The translations under genes and the position numbers were made by a program. The notes beneath the pieces were generated by a model. That model made no database searches. It was not told the DNA's origin and saw only the letters and a program-made list of their open reading frames with translations. DNA of 64,000 nucleotides, from assembly GCA_036398925.1 (NCBI GenBank), contig DASWOB010000022.1:53244-117243 (forward strand), given 5' to 3'. Positions 10,022 through 20,320 of the stretch are shown in pieces. Origin of the DNA: Thermoanaerobaculia bacterium (GTDB lineage: Bacteria; Acidobacteriota; Thermoanaerobaculia; Gp7-AA8). How positions within the stretch are numbered: position 1 is the stretch's first letter; every line of letters begins with the position of its first letter.

Positions 10022-10130
10022 TCATAACCTCAAGATGTGGAGCACGGCGGTGCGGCACCGCCGCGCCCGGGCCGGGATTTTAAATTATGATCCCGAGTCT
10101 GTTTGTGAAATCCACATCGAGGTCAGCCAG

Positions 10131-12230
10131 ATGAAGGTTTACGCGGGTCCTGACATTCGCAACGTGGCGATCGTCGGGCACAACGACACGGGCAAGACGA
10201 CCCTGGTTTCACAGCTCCTCTTCAACGCCGGCGCGACCACGCGCCAGGGCCGGATCGAAGATGGAACGACCACCACGGATTTCGATCCGGATGAGATCGA
10301 GCGAAAGCATTCGATCTCGGCGGCGATCGCGTACGCGGAGTGGAAGAACACGAAGATCAACCTCCTCGACACGCCGGGCTTCGGCATCTTCATCATGGAA
10401 GCGAAGGGGGCGATGCGCGTCGCCGACTCCGCGGCCATCGTCGTCAGCGGCGTGACCGGCGTCGAAGTCACGACCGAGCGGGTCTGGAAGTTCGCGGAGG
10501 AGTTTCACCTGCCGCGCATCCTGATCGTGAACAAGATGGACCGCGAGCGCGCCTCGTCCGCACGCACGCTCGACGCGCTGCAGAAGAAGTTCGGCAAGAA
10601 CATCGTCCCCCTCCAGCTCCCGCTCGGGGAAGAGAAAGACTTCAGCGGCGTGGTCGACCTCATTTCCATGAAGGCTTACCAGTACGCCGCCGACGGCTCG
10701 GGCAAGGTCGAGGTGGTGGACATCCCGGCCAGCCACAAGGCGGACGCCGACGAATGGCGCGAGCGGCTGATCGAGAAGGTCGCGGAAGGCGACGACACGC
10801 TGATGGAGCGCTTCTTCGACCAGGGCGGCCTGTCGCAGGAAGAGCTGATCGATGGCCTCAAGCGCGAGGTCGCGCATCATCAGATCTACCCGGTCCTCTT
10901 CGCCTCGGCGTCGCACAACATCGGCGGTCATCCGATCCTCGATGCCTTCGTTTCGCTGCTCCCCTCGCCCGATGACGTCAAAGAGGTGCGGGGAACGAAT
11001 GCGAAGGGCGAACCGCTGACGTTCGATCGCCGGCCTGAGGCCTTCCCCTCCGCGCTCGTCTTCAAGACCTTTTCCGACCCGTTCTCGGGCCGCGTGTCGC
11101 TCTTCCGCGTTTACTCCGGCACGATCACCAGCGATCACGCCTACTGGAACAGCACCCGCGAGCACGAGGAACGCATCGGCAAGCTGCAGGTGCTGCAGGG
11201 GAAGACCCAGACCGCGGTGCAGGAGCTGCGCGCCGGTGACATCGGCGCGGTGGCGAAGCTGAAAGATACCGCCACCGGCGACACCCTCTGCGCGAAGGAC
11301 CACCAGATCCGCGTGCCGCACATCGACTACCCGGAAGCGGCGATCGCTTTTGCCGTGGAGCCGAAAGCGCGCGGCGACGAGGACAAGCTCGGCGCGGCCA
11401 TCCATCGTCTCATCGAAGAAGATCCGACCATCAAGTTCGCGCGCGACGAGCAGACCAAGGAGTTCCTCATCAGCGGTCAGGGACAGCTGCACGTCGAGAT
11501 CGTCGTCGCGAAGCTGAAGAAAAAGTACAACGTCGACGTGGTGCTCCATCCGCCGAAGGTGCCGTACCGCGAGACCATCACCAAGCCGGCCGACGCGCAC
11601 GGGCGGCACAAGAAGCAGTCGGGCGGCCACGGCCAGTTCGCCGACTGCAAGATCACGGTCGAGCCGCTGCCGCGCGGCGCCGACTTCGAGTTCGTCGACG
11701 AGATCTTCGGCGGCTCGATCCCCCGCCAGTACATCCCGGCCGTCGAGAAGGGCATCCAGGACGCGCGGGTGAAAGGCTACCTGGCCGGCTTCCCGATGGT
11801 CGACTTCCGGGTGCGGCTCAAGGATGGGCAGTACCACGACGTCGACTCGAGCGAAATGGCGTTCAAAATCGCTGGCTCGCTCGCCTATCAGGACGCGATG
11901 CAGAACGCCCGGCCGACGCTGCTCGAGCCGATCATGCACGTCGACATCTCCGCGCCGGCCGAATACGTCGGTGACATCATGGGCGACCTCAACGCGCGGC
12001 GCGGCCGCGTGGAGGGCGTCGATGCCGAAGAGGAAACGCAGACCATCAAGGCGCGTGTGCCGTTCAGCGAGATGCTGACCTACGGCTCGACGCTACGCTC
12101 GATCACGCAGGGACGCGGCACCTTCCACATGGAGTACTCGCATTACGAGGAAGTGCCGAAGCAACTGCAGGAAAAGATCATCAACGAGTCGAAGAAGGGC
12201 CACGGCGACGCCGCGGCCGCGCACCACTGA
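10131..12230 (+). CDS. Elongation factor G paralog (EF-G2-type translational GTPase)
   Basis: The ORF track starts at GTG 10035. The likely real start is the ATG at 10131 (MKVYAGPDIRNVAIVGHNDTGKTTL...), preceded by gagg. It has G1-G4 motifs, DTPGFGIF in place of the canonical DTPGHVDF, and EF-G domains II-V downstream. Confidence 0.85.
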   Translation: MKVYAGPDIRNVAIVGHNDTGKTTLVSQLLFNAGATTRQGRIEDGTTTTDFDPDEIERKHSISAAIAYAEWKNTKINLLDTPGFGIFIMEAKGAMRVADSAAIVVSGVTGVEVTTERVWKFAEEFHLPRILIVNKMDRERASSARTLDALQKKFGKNIVPLQLPLGEEKDFSGVVDLISMKAYQYAADGSGKVEVVDIPASHKADADEWRERLIEKVAEGDDTLMERFFDQGGLSQEELIDGLKREVAHHQIYPVLFASASHNIGGHPILDAFVSLLPSPDDVKEVRGTNAKGEPLTFDRRPEAFPSALVFKTFSDPFSGRVSLFRVYSGTITSDHAYWNSTREHEERIGKLQVLQGKTQTAVQELRAGDIGAVAKLKDTATGDTLCAKDHQIRVPHIDYPEAAIAFAVEPKARGDEDKLGAAIHRLIEEDPTIKFARDEQTKEFLISGQGQLHVEIVVAKLKKKYNVDVVLHPPKVPYRETITKPADAHGRHKKQSGGHGQFADCKITVEPLPRGADFEFVDEIFGGSIPRQYIPAVEKGIQDARVKGYLAGFPMVDFRVRLKDGQYHDVDSSEMAFKIAGSLAYQDAMQNARPTLLEPIMHVDISAPAEYVGDIMGDLNARRGRVEGVDAEEETQTIKARVPFSEMLTYGSTLRSITQGRGTFHMEYSHYEEVPKQLQEKIINESKKGHGDAAAAHH

Positions 12231-12235
12231 GTGAC

Positions 12236-12354
12236 GAGGGCCGAGAGTAGAGGGCCGAGGGCCGAGGGAGCAGCCTCATTCCCTTGTCCCTCGGCCCTTG
12301 TCCCTCGGCCCTTGTCCCTCGGCCCTTGGCCCTCGGCCCTTGGCCCTCGGCCCT
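12236..12354. repeat. Hairpin built from tandem microrepeats: (GGGCCGAG)x3 arm versus (CCCTCGGCCCTTGK)x6 arm. It forms the EF-G terminator, followed by a T-rich tract.
   Basis: 12236-12268 is gagggccgagagtagagggccgagggccgaggg. 12282-12354 has six tandem 13-mers ccctcggcccttg(t/g) that are complementary to the left arm in several registers. tgtcttattgtttttcg follows. It lies between the convergent EF-G and PEGA genes. Confidence 0.75.
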
Positions 12355-12357
12355 GTC

Positions 12358-12990
12358 TTATTGTTTTTCGAGCGTGACGCGCAGCCGGGCCACGTCCTGC
12401 TGGGCGTCTTCCGCGGCGGTGACGATGAACTGGCGCTCGCGGTAACCGTCGGCCACGGCGCGGATGGTGTAACTGCCGGCTTGCGGCAGTTCGTAGATTT
12501 CATCCGTCGAGTCGAACTGCCTCGCCTCGCCGATCGGCATGTCGTTCACGTAGAGCATCGCGTCGGGCGGGGTGATCTCGAAGATCACGCCGCGCCGCGC
12601 CCACGTTCTCACGGTCGCGCTGACGCCGCCGGGGCCGCCGCTGACGACGGCGCGAGCATCGCCGCTGACCGGTTCGTTGGCCGATGGGACATTCTCTCCA
12701 TTGTCGCCCGGCACGACCAGCGACGCGCCGGCCTCCGGCTCTCCCGGAGGGGCCGGGCTGGTGGCGGTACGCTGCGCGCCGTTGCCCGGCACCATCTGCA
12801 CGAGCGTGCCGTCTCGATAACGCAGCCCGGTCATCACCGCGAGCGCCGCCAGTGCCGCGAGCACGACGCCGATGGCCACCGGCACCCAGCGGGGCATCGG
12901 TGCGGATTCGGGCTCGGGTGGCTGCGGCGGCTCTACCGCGGGCGGTTCAGGAAGTTGCTCCGTCATCATTCTCCGCCTGCGCGTTGTCAT
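12358..12990 (-). CDS. Membrane-anchored PEGA-domain-like protein
   Basis: 210-aa ORF. It has an N-terminal TM helix (WVPVAIGVVLAALAALAVMTGL), a Pro/Gly-rich linker and a C-terminal YTIRAVADGYRERQFIV segment resembling PEGA domains. Confidence 0.45.
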   Translation of the reverse strand: MTTRRRRMMTEQLPEPPAVEPPQPPEPESAPMPRWVPVAIGVVLAALAALAVMTGLRYRDGTLVQMVPGNGAQRTATSPAPPGEPEAGASLVVPGDNGENVPSANEPVSGDARAVVSGGPGGVSATVRTWARRGVIFEITPPDAMLYVNDMPIGEARQFDSTDEIYELPQAGSYTIRAVADGYRERQFIVTAAEDAQQDVARLRVTLEKQ

Positions 12991-13327
12991 CGATGGAGGC
13001 CGGCCCCTCGTCGGTCACGACCGTCTCGCCGTCGTCGTCGAGCTGCTGATACTGCGCTTCCCGGCTGCGCAGCAGCTCTGCCGCGCGCTGCTCGTCCTGC
13101 GAGCCGACGTAGATGCGGATGTCACCCATGGTCCCGAAGTTGATCGGCTCCATCGAAAACTTGAGGTTCTCGATCTGCGCCGGAATCCCTTCCGCTTCCA
13201 GGAACCCAGCCAGCAGTCTCGCCTCGTCGTCGGTTCCGCTGCTCGCGATCTCGACCCACGTCGCACCGCCCTCGGCAGGCACGGTGTTCACGTCATCGGG
13301 GAAATCCTTCGGATCCGCCATCTTCAC
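12947..13327 (-). CDS. DUF2007-like putative signal-transducing protein
   Basis: 126-aa ORF containing ARLLAGFLEAEGIPAQIEN, as in the DUF2007 family, and an acidic C-terminus. It overlaps the PEGA ORF start by about 44 nt. Confidence 0.4.
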   Translation of the reverse strand: MKMADPKDFPDDVNTVPAEGGATWVEIASSGTDDEARLLAGFLEAEGIPAQIENLKFSMEPINFGTMGDIRIYVGSQDEQRAAELLRSREAQYQQLDDDGETVVTDEGPASIDDNAQAENDDGATS

Positions 13328-13333
13328 TGCTCC

Positions 13334-14404
13334 TTACGCAACGATTGTGATGCGCCCGATGTCCCGGGTCACGCTGCCGACCTTTGCACAGAACAGGCCG
13401 CCTTCGGCGAAGCGCCGCTCGAGTCCGGCGGTCTTTTCGGGCGCGATCGCGATCAGGAGCCCACCCGACGTTTGCGCATCACACAACAACGTAAGTTCGC
13501 GTTCGGAGACCTGCGAACGGACGCGCTCACGAAACGTTGTCACGTTGCGCGCCGTCCCCTCCGGGCGGAAGCCGCGCGCGAGGAGCTCGCGCGCGCCGCT
13601 CAGCACCGGCACCGCCGAGGCGGAGATCGTCGCGCCGACGCCCGAGCCTTCGCACATCTCCAGCAGATGGCCGACCAAGCCGTAGCCGGTGATGTCGGTC
13701 GCGGCGCTGGCACGCTCCTCCACCATGATCTTCGCGGCGTCGCGGTTGAGCATCGTCATCCAGCGCACCGCTTCGTCGAGCGAAGGCGGCTCGCGGCGGA
13801 AGAATCGTCTGCCGTTGGCCGCGCGATAGGCGCTGATGACGATCCCGTTGCCGATCGGCTTGGTCAGGTAGAGGACGTCGCCGGCGCGCGCGGTCGAGTT
13901 GCGCAGCACGTCCGCGGTCTTGACGATGCCGGTGACCACGAGGCCGTACTTGGGGATGTCGTCGATGATGGTGTGGCCGCCGGCGACCGGAAAGCCGGCT
14001 TCGATCGCTTTGTCGGCGCCGCCCCGCAGGATCTCTTCGAGCACCTCGAGCGGCAGCTTGTCGGTGGGGAAGCCGGCAATGGCCAGGCCGAGGATCGGCG
14101 TTGCGCCCATGGCGTAGATGTCGGAGATGGCGTTCGTCGCCGCGATCTGGCCGAAGAGATAGGGATCGTCGACGATCGGCGTGAAGAAATCGACCGTCTG
14201 CGCGATGGCCGTGTCGCCGAAGATGCGCATCACCGCCGCGTCGTCGCCGGTCGAATTTCCGACCAGAAGATCCCCCATCCCATCCGTAGAAGGGAGCTTC
14301 GACAGGATCGAGCGCAGGTCATCCTGACCCAGTTTGCAGGCTCAACCGCCGGTCGTGGCGAAGGAGGAGAGCGCGGGATAGGCGCTCCGGAGCTTGTGCC
14401 TCAC
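13334..14404 (-). CDS. selD: Selenide, water dikinase (selenophosphate synthetase) carrying an in-frame UGA selenocysteine codon
   Basis: The ORF track gives 13334..14278 starting MGDLLVGNSTGDDAAV, which is truncated. Reading upstream in the same frame gives ...LRSAYPALSSFATTGG-TGA-ACKLGQDDLRSILSKLPSTDGMGDLLVG. This aligns with E. coli SelD HGAGCGCKISPKVLETIL, with the TGA at Cys17. The TGA is minus-strand, at plus coordinates 14342-14344. The best start is the GTG at 14402-14404. The rest matches SelD throughout (DFFTPIVDDPYLFGQIAATNAISDIYAMGA, GGHTI, LLCDAQTSGGLL). Confidence 0.8.
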
Positions 14405-14452
14405 GGGGGGAGTGTATCGGAGTGGGATGATGCTTGCGGGTGCTTTGCGGAC

Positions 14453-14731
14453 CTACGACGGCAGCGGCTCGTCGCCGGGAACCGCCTTGCGGGCGTTCTC
14501 GCACGCCATCAGCACTTCCTGGTAGAGATAGAAGGCGCGCTCCTTCGAGAGCGGCTCGTCGGCGCCGCGCTCGACGATCTCCGCGATCTGCGAGGCGTAA
14601 TGTGACGCCGGCGGCAGGCGCTCGCCCGATTGGTGGAGCTGCCGGAAGCCGAGCGTCAGCTCTTCCTCCAGCTGCTGGCGAAAGAGCCCGCTCTCCAGGT
14701 CAGCTTCGAGGGTGGCGTATTCGACGTTCAT
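14453..14731 (-). CDS. Hypothetical small protein (93 aa)
   Basis: The internal ATG at 14729-14731 overlaps the stop of the upstream HExxH gene (ATGA). Protein begins MNVEYATLEADLESGLFRQQLEEELTLGFRQ... The 5' extension in the ORF track is Arg-rich junk. Confidence 0.4.
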   Translation of the reverse strand: MNVEYATLEADLESGLFRQQLEEELTLGFRQLHQSGERLPPASHYASQIAEIVERGADEPLSKERAFYLYQEVLMACENARKAVPGDEPLPS

Positions 14732-15858
14732 TTCGCGGCGGTGTAGGCGACGCGCACGACGTTCCCCTCGTGCGTCACTTGCGGCGCGAGCTTGCGCGCG
14801 GTGAGAAACTTGCCGTACGCGTCGGCGAACTTCTTCGCGTGCGCGGGGGTTTCCCACCTGGTCTCGACCTTCACGCCGCCGTCTTTCAGGATCACGACGC
14901 GGTCGGCCATCCAGCCGCGGGCGTTCTCGGCGCCGGCGAGGTAGGCCCAGTGAAATTCGCCGAGATGCTCGACACTGAGGGCGCCCTCCGGCTTCTTGTC
15001 GTCGAACGCTTCCGGCTTGAACTTGCCGGAGAAGTAGTCCTCCGGGTGCAGGATCTCGCGCGTCGAGCGCGGCGGGTTCGCGTGGATCTTGTCGAGCTCT
15101 TTCCATCCGCCGCGGCGGTACGCCTCGACGACGAACGAGAGTCCGTCGAGGTAGGGAAACTTCAGCATTTCGCCGAAATACTTCGGCGCGCCGCCCAGAT
15201 CCATCGCGGCCTGTTCGGCCTTCGCGGCGTTGAGCACGGTCTTTGCGATGTTCTCATCGGCGAGCACGGTGTCGAGGTCGACGCCCATCGCACTCATCAT
15301 GTTGGCCAGCATCACCAGCACCGCTTCCCCTTCCAGGACGGCGTGGTAGGCGAGCATCGCGTCGGTATCGGTGCGCAGCTTCTTATCGCGCTCGCCGATG
15401 GCCCAGTGCTGGTCCTGCAGGGCGTGCATCAGCTCGTGCACCTGGACCATCTCCTCGACCATCTTCGGATCGGCGCCCTGGGCCATCTCGCTGATGCCGG
15501 GCGGCAGTTTGTCGATGGCGTAATAGATGTGGGTGTCGGCGTCGTAGAAAGCCAGCACCTGCGCTTCGTAGAGGCCGAGGAGCTTCGGCATGACCTCTTT
15601 CGCGTCGACGTCGACGAGCTGCAGCGCGCGGAGAATGCGGCTCCAGTCTTCGACCGTGTAGGGAAGATCCTTCCCCATCTGTTTCTGGAGGTGGGCGCGC
15701 AGGTCGGTGCGCTTGATCTCGGCCGTCTGCACGGTCCGGATGAACTTCCGGCCACGGATCTTTTCGACCGCCTCCATGTTGCCGGTGAGCGATCCGGCGA
15801 GGGCGGAAGAGGCGACGAGAAAAAGGGCGGCGAGGGATGCTGCGCGTCTGCCGGACAT
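14728..15858 (-). CDS. Secreted putative zinc metallopeptidase (HExxH motif VHELMHAL)
   Basis: 376-aa ORF with a signal peptide (MSGRRAASLAALFLVASSALAGS) and a single HELMH zincin motif. No closer family recognised. Confidence 0.5.
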   Translation of the reverse strand: MSGRRAASLAALFLVASSALAGSLTGNMEAVEKIRGRKFIRTVQTAEIKRTDLRAHLQKQMGKDLPYTVEDWSRILRALQLVDVDAKEVMPKLLGLYEAQVLAFYDADTHIYYAIDKLPPGISEMAQGADPKMVEEMVQVHELMHALQDQHWAIGERDKKLRTDTDAMLAYHAVLEGEAVLVMLANMMSAMGVDLDTVLADENIAKTVLNAAKAEQAAMDLGGAPKYFGEMLKFPYLDGLSFVVEAYRRGGWKELDKIHANPPRSTREILHPEDYFSGKFKPEAFDDKKPEGALSVEHLGEFHWAYLAGAENARGWMADRVVILKDGGVKVETRWETPAHAKKFADAYGKFLTARKLAPQVTHEGNVVRVAYTAAK

Positions 15859-15923
15859 GCGCTGCGCAACGAGTCGTTTGCGCCACCCATTCCGTTCACT
15901 TAGAATGCCGCACGATTCAGCTA

Positions 15924-16376
15924 ATGGACCGCGGCGAAGAGCGCATCGACATCACGATCAGTAGCCGCTTCGAGAATATCGAACTCGTGCAAGTGATCGC
16001 CGAGCACCTCTGCGAAAACGCGGGGGTCGATGACGATGGTTCGCACTGGATCGGCATGGCAGTCCGCGAAGCGGTCGCCAACGCCATCAAACACGGGAAC
16101 AAGCTCGACGTCACGAAGAAGGTCCACGCCACCTTCCTGCTGCACGGCGTCGAACTCGAGATCACGATCTCGGACGAGGGGAAGGGGTTCGATCCGGAGA
16201 AAGTCAGCGATCCGCTGAATCCCCAGAACCTCATGAAAACCAGCGGCCGCGGCATCTTCTACATGAAGACGTTCATGGATCAGGTGGAGTATTCGTTCAG
16301 TCCCGACGGCGGCACGTCGCTGGTGATGACGAAGAACCTGGCCGGCGGCCCCGGCATCGCCAACACGAAAGCCTGA
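15924..16376 (+). CDS. Anti-sigma regulatory factor / partner-switching serine kinase (RsbW/SpoIIAB-type HATPase)
   Basis: Likely start is the ATG at 15924 (MDRGEERIDITISSRFENIELVQVIAEHLCE...). It has HATPase_c-like N/G boxes (AVANAIKHGNK, DEGKGFDP, GRGIFYM). It lies directly upstream of a STAS-domain gene. Confidence 0.7.
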   Translation: MDRGEERIDITISSRFENIELVQVIAEHLCENAGVDDDGSHWIGMAVREAVANAIKHGNKLDVTKKVHATFLLHGVELEITISDEGKGFDPEKVSDPLNPQNLMKTSGRGIFYMKTFMDQVEYSFSPDGGTSLVMTKNLAGGPGIANTKA

Positions 16377-16408
16377 GTATTCGATCTGCGAGAAGGAGAG
16401 TTAAGGAA

Positions 16409-16744
16409 ATGAAAGCCACAACCCGTACCGCCGGCGACGTCGAAGTCATCAGCCTTCAGGGCAAGATCACGATCGGCTCCGGTGACACGCAGCTCCGCGA
16501 AGTGATCATGAACGCGCTCAACTCCGGGAAGAACAAGATCCTCCTGGACATGTCGGGCGTCACCACCATCGACTCGTCCGGGATCGGCGAGCTGGTCGGC
16601 TCGTTCACCACGGTCACCAACCGCGGCGGCAAGCTCCGCCTGCTGCACCTGCCCGCCAAGCTCAACGAGCTGCTGCACATTACGCAGCTCATCACCGTCT
16701 TCGAGGTCTACGACTCCGAAGAAGAAGCGATCCGCAGCTTCTAA
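16409..16744 (+). CDS. STAS-domain anti-sigma-factor antagonist (RsbV/SpoIIAA-like)
   Basis: 111-aa ORF. SD ggagag is 8 nt upstream. The sequence DMSGVTTIDSSGIGELVG fits the STAS phosphorylatable-Ser region. Confidence 0.8.
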   Translation: MKATTRTAGDVEVISLQGKITIGSGDTQLREVIMNALNSGKNKILLDMSGVTTIDSSGIGELVGSFTTVTNRGGKLRLLHLPAKLNELLHITQLITVFEVYDSEEEAIRSF

Positions 16745-17416
16745 CTAATCGCCACGCCCGCCGGGACGCCGCCGCACTGGTGGCGCCCGGCGTGGCGCCG
16801 GTTCCGGCCCGCCTCCAGCCACACCACCCCACCGCATCGGCAACGACCCCGTCGTTACGACCTCGTTGTGCTCGAGCCACAACGGAAAGAGCTCGTCGGC
16901 CAGTTTGGAGTCAGCTACCGCTTTCTCCGTGATGTCGACCAGCTGGGCGAACGGCTCGGTCTCACCGAGGAAATTCACGCGGATGCGCAGCGCATTCGGC
17001 GCGCGCATGCGGTTCGCCGTTTCCCCCGTGACCGGCGGGATGGCCACGCGCACCGGGGCGGAGATGGTGAAGGCCTTCTTCTCGCCGGGGCGGATCGCGA
17101 TGAGCCGCGGCAGCATCTGCTGGCCCGGCACTTCCGAGCCGATGCTCACCGTCAGCGTACGCGTCTCCGGGTCGTAGCTGGAGTCGGGGACGATGTCTGC
17201 GATCGCGATGACCGTCGGCCGGGAGTTGGTGATCTCGTACGTAATCGGAATGATCCCGCCGGGCCGCAGCTCTTCCTGCCGCACCTCGGCGTCGATCCGT
17301 ACCGCGTCGGTCGATCCGACCACGCGGCGCGGCTCGTCCATGTTGACCTGCTGTGTCGACGTACACGCGGCGGCGAGGGGAAGGATCAGGAACAGCGTCC
17401 GGGTCAGACGTTTCAT
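16745..17416 (-). CDS. Lipoprotein of unknown function, paralog A (conserved MDEPRR...VRIDA...IRPGEKK core)
   Basis: Signal peptide/lipobox LAAAC. It shares about 45% identity over roughly 130 aa with the adjacent ORF 17480..18115. The C-terminal roughly 30 aa (GGVAGGGPEPAPRRAPP...) may be read-through of low-complexity sequence. Confidence 0.5.
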   Translation of the reverse strand: MKRLTRTLFLILPLAAACTSTQQVNMDEPRRVVGSTDAVRIDAEVRQEELRPGGIIPITYEITNSRPTVIAIADIVPDSSYDPETRTLTVSIGSEVPGQQMLPRLIAIRPGEKKAFTISAPVRVAIPPVTGETANRMRAPNALRIRVNFLGETEPFAQLVDITEKAVADSKLADELFPLWLEHNEVVTTGSLPMRWGGVAGGGPEPAPRRAPPVRRRPGGRGD

Positions 17417-17479
17417 GGAGAGATGCTAACGCCTTTTCGCGCTAACGCCTTTCGGGCCGCGGGCGCCCCCGCCGCGCGT

Positions 17480-18115
17480 TCAGAAGCGGCCGCCGCGCGC
17501 GGAGCGCTCCGCCGCCGAGACCATGCTGCTCCGCGGCTGGTAGCGCACCGGCAGGGCGTTGAGATAGATCGTGTCGTTGCTCGCCAGCCACTGATCGAAC
17601 AGCTCGTCCGACATCCGCTGGGGCCTGGCCTGCTTTTCGATCAGCTGCGCGAATGGCGCCAGGTCGCGAAGGATGCTCACCTTCACCTGCACGTAGCGCG
17701 GCGCGTTGCTGAAGGCGGTATTCGAGGAACGGACGTTCATGGCCGCCGTCGCCGCGGTGCGAAAAACCTTCTTCTCGCCAGGCTGGATCAGCGTCAGGCG
17801 CGGAGCGTTCTCCCCCGGAATCTCGGAGCCGATCGAGAGTGTGATCGTGCGCGTCTCCTCGTCGTAGCTGGCGTCGGTGACCCGCTCGGCGACGGCCACC
17901 GGCTGGGAGGAGAGGTTCTGGATCTGGTACGTGACGCCGATCGGCGAGCCGGGGCTGACGGTGTCCTGGCTCAGCTGCGCGTCGATGCGGACGTTGCCTT
18001 CGCGGCCCAGCGCGCGGCGCGGCTCGTCCATGTCGATCCCGGCGGCGTTCGCTGCCATCGCGTAGATCAGTGTGATCACGGAGAGGAGGAAGAGAAACAG
18101 CCTGCTCGATTTCAT
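17480..18115 (-). CDS. Secreted protein of unknown function, paralog B of the 16745..17416 lipoprotein
   Basis: Signal peptide MKSSRLFLFLLSVITLIYAMAANAAG. Core IDMDEPRRALGREGNVRIDAQ...TLIQPGEKKVFRTAA aligns with paralog A. Confidence 0.5.
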   Translation of the reverse strand: MKSSRLFLFLLSVITLIYAMAANAAGIDMDEPRRALGREGNVRIDAQLSQDTVSPGSPIGVTYQIQNLSSQPVAVAERVTDASYDEETRTITLSIGSEIPGENAPRLTLIQPGEKKVFRTAATAAMNVRSSNTAFSNAPRYVQVKVSILRDLAPFAQLIEKQARPQRMSDELFDQWLASNDTIYLNALPVRYQPRSSMVSAAERSARGGRF

Positions 18116-18239
18116 GACACGCGCTCCTCGTCAACCGACGTTCGGCCGCTGCGCTTCGCGTCGTCTGAGCGGAGCCAAAGAGCCGATCGCGTGCCAGTTA
18201 TTTGGACGGTGTGACGAGGATCACAGAGCAGTTCCTCGG

Positions 18240-20036
<1,797 letters not shown>

Positions 20037-20098
20037 TGGCGGGCCAATTAACACGGTTCCGCCCCTTTGTCATCCCGCAGGGGCCGCTTTTTGGCCCT

Positions 20099-20320
20099 TC
20101 AGGCCTTCCACTGCGTGCCGCAATCGAGGCAAACCCGCTCGTTGAAGAGCAGATTCGCGAGGATCGCGCCGGCGATGACCACCCCCGCCACGATGCCGGC
20201 GTGGAGCTCGAACGTCATCACCGCCACGGTGGCGAAGACGATCAGCAGCAGGTAGACGCCCCAGATTTTCGAGCCGCCGCGGCGGAAGCGGTCGGAGCCG
20301 CAGTTCGGACATTGAGTCAT
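20099..20320 (-). CDS. Small membrane protein with a split zinc-ribbon (CPNCG ... CLDCG)
   Basis: The ATG at 20318-20320 overlaps the stop of the S46 peptidase (ATGA). It encodes 73 aa, MTQCPNCGSDRF...two TM helices...RVCLDCGTQWKA. The upstream extension in the ORF track is Arg-rich junk. Confidence 0.4.
   Translation of the reverse strand: MTQCPNCGSDRFRRGGSKIWGVYLLLIVFATVAVMTFELHAGIVAGVVIAGAILANLLFNERVCLDCGTQWKA

Noticed and set aside
10035-10130. Upstream extensions of ORFs from alternative GTG/TTG starts (EF-G at 10035, lepA at 20054, phoR at 45243, prfA at 41175, phoU at 46949, DUF1385 at 42035, KGG at 59316)
   Set aside because: Homology to the families begins at internal ATG codons that align with canonical N-termini. 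Several of these ATGs have SD sites or overlap the upstream stop. The upstream parts are low-complexity and overlap neighbouring genes.
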